From Okamejei kenojei (Eukaryota): a stretch of 64,000 nt of DNA. A model generated the notes under the pieces. It saw nothing but the letters and a program-made list of their open reading frames with translations, did no database searches and was not told the DNA's origin. The position numbers and the translations under genes are program-made. This document shows, piece by piece, positions 61,905-64,000 of this stretch. The stretch lies in contig CM069153.1 of NCBI GenBank assembly GCA_035221665.1, forward strand, positions 24,924,001 through 24,988,000, written 5' to 3'. Positions within the stretch are counted from its first letter, which is position 1. Each line of letters opens with the position of its first letter.

Positions 61905-64000
61905 TTCTTCCTGTATAAATGAAAAACAAGTAAAGCGTTACAATACAATGAGTAAATAAATGTTAAATGCAAATCGCCACTTCTAATAATAATGGGGTTA
62001 AACATAATCACCATATCTAACAGGTGGCTTGCTAACCGGTCCTCGTATGGTCCTCGTACGGTAAGGAGCTGCCTCATCAACCTTTTCCTCCGAAAAGTTG
62101 AGAGCGCGTTTCGGTGAGCCCGACGGCCTATGGGGAGACACCGTGCGGGAAGACTGGTGAGCACCGGTGAGCCAGTTACAGAAAAGGGAAGAGCATGACA
62201 TGGGGAGTGGATTGGACTGGCAACTGCAGGTGCTGGAACGGTGATCACTTTAAAGTTGAGCAGTGGGGCATCAGGACCCTGGAGCGCGGACGCCGTTCCT
62301 TCACAGGAAGGAGGTGTTGACGGGTGCATCTATCGATGGTACCGCTGACATCGACCAGGTAGGAGTGTTGTTCCTTTGCGGGGTCATGAATGTACCCCAG
62401 TTTGGTATGTCCTTTGTCTGTCTGTAGTCGGACCACTTGGCCTTGATTGAGTGGCTCAAGTGGTTTACTGGTCTTGTCGTAAGTTAATTTCTGCGCATCA
62501 CGTTTGGACTGCATGCGCTTTTGAATGCTGGGTTGAAAACTTTGGGCTTTAAATGATCCTGGGTGACGGGCAGCAGAGGTCGTGTTCAGCGGGACAGAAG
62601 GCGCTGGCTGGAAAACCTAAAACTGTGTCTCTCGCAATATTTATCAGGTTCAACCAGTCCAGATAGACATCAAATTTCGCTAGATAGAAGCGCTCCATGT
62701 GTTGTTTAGCGCTCCGAACAGCGCGCTCAGCAAGTCCATTGGACTGTGGGTATTCTGGGCTGCTGGTGACGTGTTGCAAGTTCCACCGTTTGGCAAAGTC
62801 TTTAGATTTTGGGTGGTGAATTGGGTCAGTCTGAAGACGAGCTGGAATGCCATGTACAGAGAAGTGTTGTCGGAGCTTATGGACGACTATCTCAGAAGGA
62901 TGGTTGGCAGAAAGTCAATTTGAAACCAGTTCGAGTACGAGTCCACTAACACGAGATGGTGCTTCCCGTGCCAGTCAAAGATATCGGCAGCCACTGATGA
63001 CCAGGGTAGAGAGGGAGCTGGTTGGGACAGCAGGGGCTGTTTTTGCTGGTGCGGTGCTTGTCTGTTACAGATCACGCACGATTCTCTTTTCTCCCGAATG
63101 TACTTGGTCATTCCGGGCCAATAAATAATTTCTTTTGCACGCTGTAAGGTAGCCTCCACACCTGAGTGACCATCGTGAATTTCCTCATAGTACTCGTTTC
63201 GCAGGGAAGAAGGAAATGACCGTCTTGTGACCCTTAACTATCACTCCATCCTGTAGTGCTAGTTCGTCACGTACCAGGAAATAGGGTCGCAGTTCAGAAG
63301 GAGTGTTGGACTGTTTTGTTTGGACACCCGCCTTTGATGATTGAAGTTAGCGGCTGGGAGGTTTTATCTGCAGCGGTGTGTTCGGCGAGGTGGCGCAGGC
63401 GGTCAGTTGGAACAAACGAGACTTTCAAGACGGGAGAAGTCGTTGGAAGTGCTGTTCGCTGGTGGGTGCGTGGAGCTCGAGATAGAGTGTCTGCGATGTG
63501 CATGTTTTTACTTTTTTTGTAGACGATACGAAATTCAAACCATTGCAGCTGCATCATCATGCGTTGAAGCCTTGCTGGGGCAGCATGGATCGGTTTGCTC
63601 AGGATGGTGACTAGCGGCTGGTGATCAGTCTCCACCATGAAGGTTTTGCCAAAAATAAAGTCTTTAAATTTGGAGCAGGCAAAAACCACGGCAAGCAGCT
63701 CCTTCTCTATCTGAGCATAGCATTGTTCAGTATCCGTTAGGGTGTGCGAAGCATAGGATACCGGCATCACATCGCCGTTGAAGGAAGTCTGCAGGCATGC
63801 TGCGCCAAGTCTATACTGCGATGCATCGCAGGTGATTGTAACTGTCAGGTTGATGTTAAAGTAGGACAGGGTGGGTGCACTAGCGAGCTGTAGTTTTAAA
63901 GTCTCGAAAGCTCGCTGGTGGTTTGGGTACCAGGACCAAGTGTTGTCCTTGTGGGTTAGTTGGCGCAGAGGGGCTGACAATTCGCTGAGATTTGGGATGA
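61721..64000 (-). mobile_element. Ty3/Gypsy LTR retrotransposon 3' portion (RT connection/RNase H, integrase), frameshifted, continues beyond the window
   Basis: CDAS..LGA, YAQIEKELLAVVFAC, ETDHQPL, ADTLSR (RNase H); H..GH...YWPGM...C..C zinc finger; VLVDSYS, SSPEYPQSNGLAERAV (rve); C-terminal KPPVRYGDYV. Confidence 0.92.

Noticed and set aside
41700-64000. A second host gene downstream of TNRC6C
   Set aside because: All interpretable ORFs are transposon-derived and no exon chain was found. Small exons of a long-intron gene cannot be excluded.

Overview
Vertebrate genomic DNA, most likely from a cartilaginous fish (skate/ray/shark). This is inferred from HE1-type tRNA-derived SINEs and CR1/HER1-like LINE tails. 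Bases 262-38512 (+) hold 19 coding exons of TNRC6C (GW182 family, miRNA-silencing scaffold). I traced them by splice signals and frame continuity: about 1810 codons covering the GW/Ago-binding region, UBA-like, Q-rich, CIM-1, PAM2, RRM and C-terminal regions. The 5' exons lie upstream of the window. One intron has a GC donor, and a ~3.1 kb 3'UTR ends near 41670. The rest of the window is transposon-rich with no recognisable host gene: CR1 fragments, SINEs, a 5'-truncated Tx1/L1 element with TSD, the 3' end of a Gypsy LTR element and Rex1-type tails. The most notable signal is a family of Penelope-like (PLE) fold-back insertions. Their shared consensus spells a minimal hammerhead ribozyme, and they share an inverted-arm + ~35-nt tail + TSD architecture. 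Coordinates were counted by hand. Family and ortholog assignments rest on recalled motifs, not database searches.
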